Below are positions 53,100 to 64,000 of a DNA stretch of 64,000 nucleotides, one piece after another. Position 1 is the stretch's first letter. Every line of letters begins with the position of its first letter. Source of the stretch: Octopus sinensis (lineage: Eukaryota); the NCBI RefSeq assembly GCF_006345805.1, contig NC_042999.1, positions 123,442,001-123,506,000 on the forward strand. Direction: 5' to 3'. The translations under genes and the position numbers were made by a program. Below the pieces are notes generated by a model that made no database searches, was not told where the DNA came from, and worked only from the letters and a program-made list of their open reading frames with translations.

Positions 53100-53106
<7 letters not shown>
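52626..53106 (+). repeat. Inverted ~480-bp copy of the array unit, ending in (TA)n
   Basis: Reverse complement of unit sequence from TATCCGTAAT through GAGCGAGCTAGA. TCTA microhomology at the inversion point 52626-52629. Confidence 0.95.
52708..52814 (+). ncRNA. Type I hammerhead ribozyme (inverted arm of element B)
   Basis: Stem I TCTACG(52708-13)/CGTAGA(52809-14); CTGAAGA 52714-20; stem II G52721-C52796 (GAAA/TTTC, AAGTTT/AAACTT, AGAATTA/TAATTCT); GAAA 52797-800; GUC cleavage triplet ending at 52808. Confidence 0.9.
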
Positions 53107-53143
<37 letters not shown>

Positions 53144-54406
53144 TATATATATCAATAGTGTGTATGTCCTTGTTTTTGTACCCCATCTCTGGGGCTGCTT
53201 TGTTTAACAGAACCTTTCAAAGTAATACTCCAGCATGGCCAAAGTACAATAAGTGAAACAAGTAAAAGTTAAAAGACTATGGGTATCCTGCTATTAGTTT
53301 TCGTTGCTACTTTTCAGTAGTTGTTATTGTGTTATTTTTAGTAATCTAAAATTTTACAAGTAAATACTGGATTAACACTTTAACAACTTTTGTTCAAGAG
53401 TTCCTTCACAGCCTTCTATATTGGACAGTCAGAAAGCTGTGAAGCAGCTATTGAACAAAGATGGTTCTGAGAGGTTTCATAGACACTTTAATGGACTATA
53501 AATACCACATTAAATATTTAGCAAATTTCAACCCAACATTTAGCTCCATCCTACTTCATTGACATAGTCATAGGCTTAGCTTTCTCAATTCTTATTTGAC
53601 AGAAATACATGAAACCTTGATAAATGCTTTTGGCTTGTTAGTAAATGCATGAGGATTGTGTTTGTTTCTCATAAAGTACTTTCTTTTCATTTGTTGTGAC
53701 GGAAGAGTTCTCTCCATAATATATGAGCTGTCTATAAATTATGTATAAGCACTATAACAATACTAATTTTGAGAAAATTTTACTCTCCTTCTCGTAAGTT
53801 CTTCATTGTTATATTTCATTTTTGGTTGGTTTGTTTTGGTATTAGATATATGAGAATGTGTATGAATGCATGTATATGCTGCAGTATAAATATATAAATA
53901 TTTAAACTTAAAATTGCATCTCAATTTAAATGTAAAGATGATGATATCCTTCCAGTATAACTGTTGAACATATAGATGGTTAGATGAAGAACTTACAATG
54001 CTTTCAGTCAAATTAAATTGACATATGCATGCCAATTAACGCTGCTACAAAAAAATCTTAGCAGTATCTAACATTTTCTCTCTCTCTCTCTCTCTCTCAT
54101 ATCTATCTATCTATCTATCTATATATATATATATATATATGAAAGAAGGTTGGAAAATGCAATTTTAAAGATGCTTATTCACTTGACCGGTTTCACTTTT
54201 TTAGAAAAAGATTGTCAAAAGTAAAATGTAAAGCTTTATATAAGCTTTGTTGTGTTAAGTACTGGTTGTCACAAAAGTATTAAAACACATATATACATTC
54301 TTTGATAATAATAAGAAAATGTTAAAAACAATTTACAAGAAAGTATTTAAGAAAATATTCAACAAAAAGTATTAGGAGTTCAATATAAATCATGTTTGTT
54401 TGGTAG

Positions 54407-54438
<32 letters not shown>

Positions 54439-54933
54439 CACATACACAGAAGGAGATATATTTAAGAATTTACAAAAAATTGGAGAGGAACCAACCTGTC
54501 TTTTTGGCATTTTTTCTATTTTGTGTGCAGCTAAGGAAAGCTTGCTATTTTAAGGGACAGTGTGGGAGGTTAGTTGGGGTGGGGGAAGGAGGAGCAATGT
54601 GGTATTATAAGGATTTTTTGGGGTTTCTGGGCTAGTGTATCATGGTTCAATGGTTTTTGGGACTGGTCTTAGAGGTCAGAATGGTTTGAGTGTGTGTGTG
54701 TATGTGTTTGTGCACGTCTCTATGTGTGTGTGTATATACATGTGTTTGTGTGTGTGGGCCATTTTTGATTGGTCCCAGAGTTTATTGTGGTGTGTGAATA
54801 TGGGTCTGTGTATGTGTGTGTCTGTGTGTGTAGCAACTCTCGTCAGCCTAGTTGCCAACAGCCCGGTCATGCAACAGGTTGTACTGGATTCCATGTTAGC
54901 AGTAGCACTTGTGAGAGCCTCATAAGTGACCTG

Positions 54934-54982
<49 letters not shown>

Positions 54983-55085
54983 GATTAAGGTAAACTTAAT
55001 TGGAAATGGATGTGTTGTGTTCAATCAAATAATATAAATAATATATGTATTATGTATGTGTGTATATATATATATGCATATATAC

Positions 55086-55287
55086 ACTTTTGCTTGTTTC
55101 AGTCATTTGACTGCGGCCATGCTGGAGCACCGCCTTTAATTTAGCAACTCGACCCCGGGACTTATTCTTTTGTAAGCCCAGTACTTATTCTATCGGTCTC
55201 TTTTGCCGAACCGCTAAGAAACGGGGACATAAATACACCAGCTTTGGTTGTCAAGCAATGCTAGGGGGACAAACAGAGACACACAAA

Positions 55288-55341
<54 letters not shown>

Positions 55342-55480
55342 TGACGGGCTTCTTTCAGTTTCAATCTACCAAACCCTTGTGAGTGTATAAGACACTTTCC
55401 CAAGGTGCCACGCAGTGGGACTGATCCCGGAACAATGTGGTTGGTAAACAAGTTACTTACCACACAGCCACTCCAGCACC
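55086..55480 (-). mobile_element. SINE family B; another partial copy at ~55925-56086(-)
   Basis: Reverse complement of the family B head and tail. Confidence 0.88.
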
Positions 55481-55532
55481 TATATATGTATAGATATGCA
55501 TATATGTATAGATATGCATATATGTATAGATA

Positions 55533-55582
<50 letters not shown>

Positions 55583-55846
55583 TATATGTATAGATATGCA
55601 TATACATATATGCATCTATGTATATATATGCATATATTTATAGATATGCATATATGTATATATATGCATATATTTATAGATATGCACATATATATATATA
55701 TATGCATATATTTATAGATATGCACACATATATATATATATATATATTTATAGATATGCACACACACACATATATATATATATGCATATATTTATAGATA
55801 TGCACACACACACATATATATATATATGCATATATTTATAGATATG

Positions 55847-55879
<33 letters not shown>

Positions 55880-56084
55880 CCCTCTCTCTCTTTCGGAGAG
55901 GCACAAGCACCTACACGTACATGTACACACACGGCAGTAACTTCCGCCTGCCAAATTCAATCACAAAGCTTCGGTCGGCTCGGGGCTATAGCAGAAGACA
56001 CCTACCCAAAGTGCCACGCAGTGGGACTGAACCCGAAACCATGTAGCTAGGAAGCAAGCTCCCTAACCACACAGCCATGCCCGC

Positions 56085-56115
<31 letters not shown>

Positions 56116-56135
56116 ATATATCCACACATATATGT

Positions 56136-57636
56136 GAACTAGAGGAGAATTTTCGAGTGTGGAAACAAGGATTAGAATCTAAGGGCCTTAGAGTCAACCT
56201 AGCTAAAACCAAAGTCCTAATAAGTAGGAAGGCAGGCAAACCACAAATCCCTTCAGCTAGATGCCCTGCTCAATCTGTAGAAAAGGTGTAGGTAGAAACT
56301 CTACAAGATGTACCCAGTATAAGCTATGGACACATAAGAGGGGCAGCAATATCAAGTGAAGGCTAACTGGGAAGATAATTTTTCTATGTGGCAGATCCTC
56401 CGGAGCAATAAATGCAGAAAATGTGCAGAGAACAACTTCCACCACATTCCAGGGAGAAAAACTAGAAGTAGTTGATAGCTTCCATTACCTAGGTGACCAA
56501 GTCAGTAGAAGGGAAGGGTGTGCTGAAAGTGTAGCTGCTAGAATAAGAATAGCCTGGGCAAAGTTCAGAGAGCTCTTACGTCTGCTGGTGACAAAGGGCC
56601 TCTCGCTCAGAGTAAAAGGTAGACTGTACAACGCATGTGTACGAACAGCCATGCTACATGGCAGTGAAACATGGGCCGTGACCGCTGAGGACATGCGTAA
56701 GCTAGCAAGGAATGAAGCCAGCATGCTCCGATGGATGTGTAATGTCAGTGTGCATACTCAACAGAGTGTTAGTGCCTTGGGAGAAATGTTGGACCTAAGA
56801 AGCATCAGATATGGTGTGCAAGAGAGATGACTGCACTGATATGGTCACGTGGTGAGAATGGATGTGGATAGCTGTGAGAAAATGCGCCACACCCTAGCAG
56901 TTGAGGGAACCTGTGGAAGAGATAGACCCAGGAAGACCTGGGAGGAGGTGGTGAAGCATGACCTTCAAACATTGGGCCTCACCGAGGCAATGACTAGTGA
57001 CCGAGACCTTTGGAAATATGCTGTGCTTGAGAAGACTCAGCAAGCACAAGTGAGACCATAACCTTGTGGCCTATGCCAGGGGTGTAACCAGTCCACTTAT
57101 GCGTACCTTTCCTTCATTGGACACTAAACTCTGCTTGCGAAGACCTGTTGAGGCAAGTGAAATCAAAATCAAATTCGATGACTGGCATCCATGCTAGTGG
57201 AGCGCTAAGAGTACCATACAAGCGAGATTATTGCCAGAGCAACAAGCTGGCCTCCATAGCGATGGCAGGTAAAAAACACCATTCAAACGTGATTGTTACC
57301 TGCATCGCCTTACTGGCATTTGTGCTGGTGGCACGTGAAAAAACATTTGAGAGAGGTCATTGCCAGTGCCGCTGGACTGGCTCCTGTGCAGGTGGCACAT
57401 AAAAAGCACCATTTAAGCATGGCTGTTGCTAGTACCACTTGACTGGCCATCATATCAGTGACATGTAAAAGCACCTACAACACTCTCAGAGTGGTTAGCG
57501 TTAGAAAGGGCATCCAGCTGTAGAAAATCTGCCAGATCAGATTGGAGTCTGGTGCAGCCATCTGGCTCGCCAGACCTCAGTCAAATCGTCCAACCCATGC
57601 TAGCATGGAAAGTGGACGTTAAACGATGATGATGAT
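56136..57636 (+). mobile_element. 5'-truncated RTE-clade LINE (RT C-terminus plus 3' UTR plus (GAT)n tail)
   Basis: ELEENFRVWKQGLESKGLRVNLAKTKVL...LEVVDSFHYLGDQ...RIRIAWAKFREL...RLYNACVRTAMLHGSETW...YGHVVRM...GRDRPRKTWEEVV...DRDLWK, with stops and a frameshift. The 3' UTR ends CCAACCCATGCTAGCATGG...GATGATGAT. Confidence 0.93.
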
Positions 57637-57838
57637 ATATATATATATATATATATCAAAAACGTTCATTCATACCTGTTGGGAACATAGTGCCAAGATC
57701 AAGTGTGAGGCGTTGATGCTTCTTTCGTTTTCTAGAGAAGGGGGGTATACATACATAAATATATATACATACATATACATGCATATATACACATACTTAC
57801 ATACACACACACACACACGTTTGTATAGTATGTATGTA

Positions 57839-58640
57839 CCAGGTTCAATCAAAATTTGTCCATTTTTTAAGGCAAAAAAAACAATAAACAAAACAATATC
57901 TGATATTTTCCATCGTTAATATAGTTACTATTCTTCTCTAATGACTACTTTCTGTCTGTGAATGAGCTTTTTAATGCCATGTTTATAAAATTCCTGAGGT
58001 TTAGAAGTGAAAAACGAAATTAACTCATTTTCCACTTCTACTCTTAAGGTATATCTTAATCTACTCAAATGATTTTGTAAACTTCCAAAGAGATGGTAAT
58101 CTGTGTGTGCAAGGTCTGGGGGTAATGCATAATTTCCTAGGTATACATTTCTAGGAGATCTTTGTTCTTCTCTGCAGTGTGAGGTCTAGCGTTATCATGA
58201 TAAAGGGTGACTTTTTTTATGTTTGTTAATAATGGAAGTTTTTGCTGTAAAGATGTTTTCAAACGTGTTAGCAGTAAGCATCAGCTGTTATTGCTTAATT
58301 ATTATCTAGCAGCTCATGATGGATTATTGTATGCATATCCCATCATACACTCAGAAAAATCTTCCTTGGATACAAGCTACTTCTGGGCTACTCAGCTGGC
58401 TCTTCACCATGACAGAGTCACTGACGTTTTTGTTTGACATTATGGTAAGATATCCACTTTTCATCTCCAGTAATGAATCTATTCAAAAAAGGCATTTGAA
58501 GCCCATCAGATTGCATTGATGCACAGCAGTCAAGACATTGCTTGTGGTTATCTGCAAAGGGACCATGCAGAACTCATTTTCCAAGCTTTGATACATGATG
58601 AATGGTGGTATGGCTCATGTTGAAGCCCGTGCTTAGTTCC
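57839..58640 (-). mobile_element. Decayed mariner (C-terminal half)
   Basis: Minus-strand motifs RFITGDEKW (~58455-58481), LSVWW, LYHDNARP, PDLA and GIKKLIHR. TA-flanked end at 57837-39. Confidence 0.75.
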
Positions 58641-58739
58641 TGAACTGTAACAGTCAGGTTTACTTCAACAGTGTCTTCCAATGCATCAGGAACCAACCTT
58701 TTGGGGTGCCCTTCTCTTATTCAATCTGCAACAACACAA

Positions 58740-59070
58740 CGTAAAATGTGAGGAATATTAATGCAGTATATGGGGATCGGACAATAAGTGTAAGCCAGTG
58801 ACAATGGTGGTTCCAGAAATTCTGAGCTGGAAGCTACATCCTAGAAGACAAACTTTGTCCTGGAAGATTTGTAGAGCTCGATAAGGATGTCCTGCAAAAC
58901 TCTGGAGGAACAAAATCCCATCGTAACTGTTAAGGAACTAGCAGAAAAGCTTGGATGTGGTCATTCAACCAGTCATTCAAGTCAGCACTAGAAGAAAAAT
59001 GACCGTCTTTGGTTTCAAGACGAAAGGTGTTCTTCCATCAGGATCATGCTCAGCCACATACAGCGATGAT
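58740..59070 (+). mobile_element. Decayed mariner N-terminal HTH fused to a DDD fragment
   Basis: AVYGDRTISVSQ*QWWFQKF...LEDK..PGR...EQNPIVTVKELAEKLG, then ...VFFHQDHAQPHT. Confidence 0.65.
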
Positions 59071-59199
59071 GACATTCCAAAGGTGATCTAAACGATCAGT
59101 ATGCTAGGTAAGTGCTGTAACGGATTACTATAGCTTCAAGGTTGTAGTCGAGATGGTAGTTATGGAGCCATTACAGATTTCTGATATAGCAGATATATA

Positions 59200-59296
59200 A
59201 TTCCGTTGTGTCTGGGGAGAGTCATTTTCTTTTTGCGCCTTATTATGTAACACACTCACACTCAAAGAAAATGACTCTCCCCAGACACAACAGAAT
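59200..59296. repeat. Short perfect fold-back (28-bp perfect stem, 31-nt loop)
   Basis: GTTGTGTCTGGGGAGAGTCATTTTCTTT (59205-59232) and AAAGAAAATGACTCTCCCCAGACACAAC (59264-59291). Confidence 0.95.
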
Positions 59297-59679
59297 ATGC
59301 TTCAACACACGAACTCATATAAAGAATCTTGCAAACCAAATCCAAAAACGAAAGACATAATTGCTAAAGAGGACAACAAACGTTAAGGCAAGGCAAACAT
59401 CTCAAGTCATATACATTATTATTATTGGAAAAAATTCAAAGTCTTACAGCTGTTTCTGGAATATCTCAGAGTATGAGATATTCTGTCATCAGAGACAAAT
59501 AGGCAAAATGAGAAGGATATAGATTAATGAAATGATGGCATAGAGGACAGGAGTAAAGGAATAAGGAGATAAAGAGAAAAATAGGGAAAATGAGGAAGAC
59601 ATATATATATACATACATACATACACCACTGACCAGTAATTGCACAACACATGTACTCACTTTTATTATTGATTTTAAA

Positions 59680-59862
59680 TTTTGGCACGGTTCCAGCAAT
59701 TTTAGGAAGTGGTTGAGTCAATTGTATCAATCCCAGTGCTCGGCTGGTACTTATTTTATCTTCTATGAAACAATGCAAAGCAAAGTCAACGTTGGCAGAA
59801 TTCAAACTCAGAAAGACAGATGAAATGCTGCTAAGTGCTTTGTCCAATTCTACCAGCTTACT
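59680..59862 (-). mobile_element. SINE family A
   Basis: GGCTGGTACTTATTTTATC...GAATTCAAACTCAGAA...ATTCTACCAGCTTAC. Confidence 0.8.
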
Positions 59863-60355
59863 GCTTTACATTGGAAGATATCATGCATTAACAAGCAAGA
59901 ATAGCAGGAAATTCCATTTAGAAACCAATCCAACTTAATTTCATTATTACCCAAATTCCTTATCATAAAGGTGTAAGCCTTACATCCGTATTCAATCTGA
60001 TTGTTGATAGTTAAGGTGGTTGCAATAATTTTCATTATTGTAGAATAATAGCTGCTTGTGTACAGAGTTCAACAGTATACAGTGATTGGTTACACACTAT
60101 AATTGGCTGGCTAAATGTCACAGACTTTCTTTCCAATTCAGTGGAAATCTTCTACCAATTAATTACAATAATTAAAAATAAATGTGCTTTTAAATATTAC
60201 ATTATCCATAAATTAAAGAATTAAACTTGGATTCTTCATCAGATGTGTTTCTATTTAATAAATGTGAACAAGTGTAAACAAACAGATTAGGAAAGCAAAG
60301 CAAGTATTAGTGAGGACTACTGCAGTAATACATGGTCTTATAAGTGTTTTCTTTG

Positions 60356-60668
60356 CAGGCATGGTGTGTGGTCAAGAAGCTTGTTTTGCAACCATATAGG
60401 TTCAAGTTCAGTCCCACTGCACAGCATCTTGGGCAATTGTTTCTGCTATAACCCAGGGCCAACCAATGCCTTGAAAGCATGTTGTGCATAAATGCATGTG
60501 TGTGTGAGTAGTTGTGTTTGTCCCACCACCACTGCTTGACAACAGGTGTCAGTTTATGTCCCTATAACTTTGCAGCTCAGCAAAAGAGACCGATAAAATA
60601 AGAACCAGACTTATTTGTTTGACTTTTGCTGGTGCACCACTAATGAGAAAAACAAGTAAAAGATAAAA
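60356..60668 (+). mobile_element. SINE family B (degenerate)
   Basis: Family head, core and tail motifs. Confidence 0.8.
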
Positions 60669-61683
60669 GCATAAATTAATAACTTTAAAGGAGGTTTGTG
60701 AACAATTCTAGTTTAATAATAGATTTAGTGCTTCATTAAATGGAGCATAAATTTTTTTCTTAATTGTGTCAGTCTAACTAAATTTATTGATAAAATACTG
60801 TCACTGACATGAAATTGGGTGACAGCATTTAATAAAATATAAAAGAATATATTTTTGACTTCAGATATTAAACAGTGTTTTGTCTTAGTGAAATACTATA
60901 CTTAAAAGTCAATGAAGAAACTTATGTATATTCACTTGAACTACCCCAAGAGACTGTAGGAAAATATTTCACTCCTTTAAATTAGGGGTCATATATTTAA
61001 AGCTACAAATATTGGGATATAAGGGCTATTGGCTGATCACAATCACCAGAAGCAACACATAATATTGATTTATTCTGAACGGGCAACAAGCCAGTTGTTT
61101 CTCAATGAAAGATACAGCTCAGTAACTCTATTCCAGTACACAACACTGTTTATTATATCAACACTTAAGAAATGAAAGGCAAAAGTGCCTTTGATGAAAT
61201 TTCAGCTTAAAATCAAGAGTGATGAATATAAAGTGTCATCAAACTATGAAAGGACTACAAAAACCAATCAGCCATGTGCGAAATGGTGCAGCACCAGAAA
61301 CATTATAGTAATATACATGGACCATAGCAAGGTTAAGTGGTTTAAGTCGCTTTGTGATTACTGTTTCTTCTCCTAATTTTTCCTTCGCCTTTTTAAATTT
61401 AATCAGCAGCAACATCTTCATTGCTGTTTTCATCATCGTTGCCATCATCATCAACATCGTCATCAATTTAATATCCACTTTTCCACACTTGTATGGATGA
61501 GCTGGAATTTGTTAAGATAGATCTATTGCTGGATGCCTTTTCAGTCACCAACTCTTGCTTTAACTAACTAAGCTATTTTTTCCATAGCCAGACATGTTTC
61601 CATGGAACAGTAGAAATGATCAACACTCATATATGATGCTGGAATGCTTTTACAATCAATTATATAATTTTACTGAAGAAATA

Positions 61684-62200
61684 GGTGTAGGAGTGGCTGT
61701 GTGGTAAGTAGCTTGCTTACGAACCACGTGGTTCCGGGTTCAGTCCCTCTGCATGGCACCTTGGGCAAGTGTCTTCTGCCATAACCTCAAGCTGACCAAA
61801 GCCTTGTGAGTGGATTTGGTAGACAGAAACTGAAAGAAGCTTGTCGTATGTATGTATATATATATATATATCACCGTGACCGACCAGGCTATCAGATGTT
61901 GCTACACATCGCTGGTCACAATGCGTTTCGCATTGTTTTAGCCTTCAAATGACGCCACCCCGCTGGCTAAGCGAGCAGACCAGTATTTATATATATATAT
62001 ATATGTATGTGCGTGTGTTTGTCTCCCCAACATCACTTGACAACTGATGCTGGTGTGTTTATGTCCCTGTAACTTAGTGGTTCAGCAAAAGAGACCGATA
62101 GAATAAGTCCTGTGGTCGCTTTGCTCCACTAAAAGTGGTGCACCAGCATGGCCACAGTCAAATGACTAAAACAAGTAAAAGAGTAAAAGGGTAAAGAGTA
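61684..62200 (+). mobile_element. SINE family B with a 113-bp GC-rich insert (61871-61983) in its (TA)n tract
   Basis: Family B head and tail surround TCACCGTGACCGACCAGGC...GCGAGCAGACCAG. Confidence 0.88.
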
Positions 62201-62609
62201 AATATGGTAGAAAATTCCAAGTGATTTTTGTGCTCATTTGTGAAACTCCATGTCCCACCCTCGTAAGTCCAAGATTGAAAATAATGTTATGGAACTAGAT
62301 ACTAATAATAAATTTTTGTTTGTTGATCTTTTGTGCTGTAAATTTTCAATTTAAACAAAATAATGTTGGTATGGTCTTAAACTTATTTTAATGACAATTT
62401 CTAATCATTTGAATTAATTGCACATTAACATTATTCAAATTGCAGAAAGATATATAATATCTATATCATTTGAAAGAGAAAAAAATTCTACATAAACTGT
62501 ATAAAGTAAAATAATTTTATACAGTTTTGTTAAAAATAAATTAATGAAAGAACAGAACTGTCATCATCAGTCTTAAACTTATTTTGGCTAGTGTATGTGT
62601 GCATGTGTG

Positions 62610-62645
<36 letters not shown>

Positions 62646-62647
<2 letters not shown>

Positions 62648-63417
62648 ACATGATAAATAAATTGTCGCCATTCTAGATTTTTGATTTTGTCGACTATACA
62701 GTATAGTAGGGTCAGTTGGGCACTGTCTGTGGGAAAAGCATCACCATGATCCAATTCTCTCTGCCAGAAATTTGGAAACGACATGCTTGTACTACTGCGT
62801 GGCATTTGTGCAGGAAGCTCCAATACAAACAGATAGTGAACACACAGAACAACCATTGGCTTGCCATGTCCCTAAGTCATGTACTGAGAGTGATGAAAAT
62901 CAAACACCCAGTCAACATCATGATGTTTGGAGTGATCACTAGTGATAGCGATGTTATGCATCCATTCATCTACCCACATGGCCTCACCATGGAGGCCTAC
63001 ATCAAGTGCCTGGTGGTGTTAGTGCTGCCCTGAGCCAAGAGGGTGGCTACTGGAAGACCACATGTCTAGCAACAGGACTCTGCACTATGCCACACAAGCA
63101 GAAGAACCCAGTCACGGCTGTCAGACAATTTCTGTGACCACATCACCCCTAACATCTGGCCAACTAACTCCTCAGACTGCAACTTACTAGATTATTATGT
63201 GTGAGGCACAGTTGAGCAACAAAACTCCTTGTAACACCAAAGATGAACTGAAGGCAAGGATTATGGTAATATTCACCAACTTAAATAAGGAGACTACTCA
63301 GAAGAGTTGCAGAAGATTCCAAAGTCATCTGTAGGCTATGGCTGAAGCCAATGGTGATTTTATTGGATAAATTTACTCTTTAGTATTTTAAGATATTTTT
63401 ATGTAATTTTGGTAAAT
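62646..63417 (+). mobile_element. Decayed Tc1/mariner of the maT (DD37D)-like type
   Basis: KHPVNIMMFGVITSDSDVMHPFIYPHGL...QQDSALCHTSRRTQ...NFCDHITPNIWPTNSSDCNLLDYYV. Confidence 0.75.
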
Positions 63418-63760
63418 GCTACCAATGCTCTACCATCTATCTGGCAGACTTGCAAGGCCCTTCTTCCAAAATTCACTTGTCCGTGATGAAAAATACTCCA
63501 CCAGTACTGTTCTGACCTCATCTACAGAATTTTTATTTTTTCCATCCAAATGATTTTGAAGACTGCAGAAAAAATGATAATCAGATGGGACAATGTCCAC
63601 AAATATGGTGGGTGGGGTATTGCTTCCCATTCAAACTGTTCCATCCTTTGGAATGTCATCCTTGCTGTATGTGGCCGAACATTATCTTTATGGAAGAACA
63701 TCTTTTGTTTTGAAACCAAAGGGGGTCGTTTTTTTCTTGTGCTGATTTAAGCTCAAGTTG
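63418..63760 (-). mobile_element. Decayed mariner C-terminal fragment
   Basis: MFFHKDNVRPHT...WEAIPHPPY / DIVPSDYHFFCSLQNHL...FWKKGLASLPDRW. Confidence 0.85.
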
Positions 63761-63943
63761 CTTGCAATAGATCTTCTTTGTTATTGTTTAGTTTGGGTTT
63801 AAAAGTTCTATGCAGACTAAACCTTTCATATCCCACTAAACAGATAACAAGATGGAAGATGGAAGGTACAAGAATTTTTATTAATCACTACAATTGTTTT
63901 GACACATTTAGCAGCAATAGATTATATATATATATATATATAT

Positions 63944-64000
63944 GACAGGCTTCTTTCGGTTTCTGTCTACCCAATCCCCTCACAAAGCTTTGGTTGGTCT
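63944..64000 (-). mobile_element. SINE family B, partial at the window edge
   Basis: GACAGGCTTCTTTCGGTTTCTGTCTACC...CTCACAAAGCTTTGGTTGG. Confidence 0.75.

Overview
This is AT-rich, microsatellite-dense eukaryotic DNA made almost entirely of repeats. The SINE, RTE and mariner repertoire looks octopod-cephalopod; that is inferred from pattern recognition, not from a database search. No intact gene is present, although a few phase-compatible candidate exons lie on the minus strand. The window holds tRNA-derived SINEs, RTE LINE fragments, several decayed Tc1/mariner elements, a non-autonomous Helitron carrying a captured coding relic, a MITE and a 5'-truncated Penelope (GIY-YIG) element. The main discovery is at 43464-53106, where two related non-coding elements sit tail-to-tail in a (TA)n tract. 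One has a ~555-bp unit. The other is a ~13.3-copy tandem array of a ~600-bp unit. Each complete unit carries a type I hammerhead ribozyme with a palindromic stem III (GAAACGTACGT-H). Both elements have an inverted 5' copy, share conserved motifs, and end 194-195 nt after the cleavage site. This fits a non-autonomous, Penelope-mobilised, retrozyme-like system that could yield ~600-nt self-cleaved or circular RNAs. The Penelope relic 8 kb away also carries a hammerhead-like motif (U3-A8 variant) in both inverted arms.
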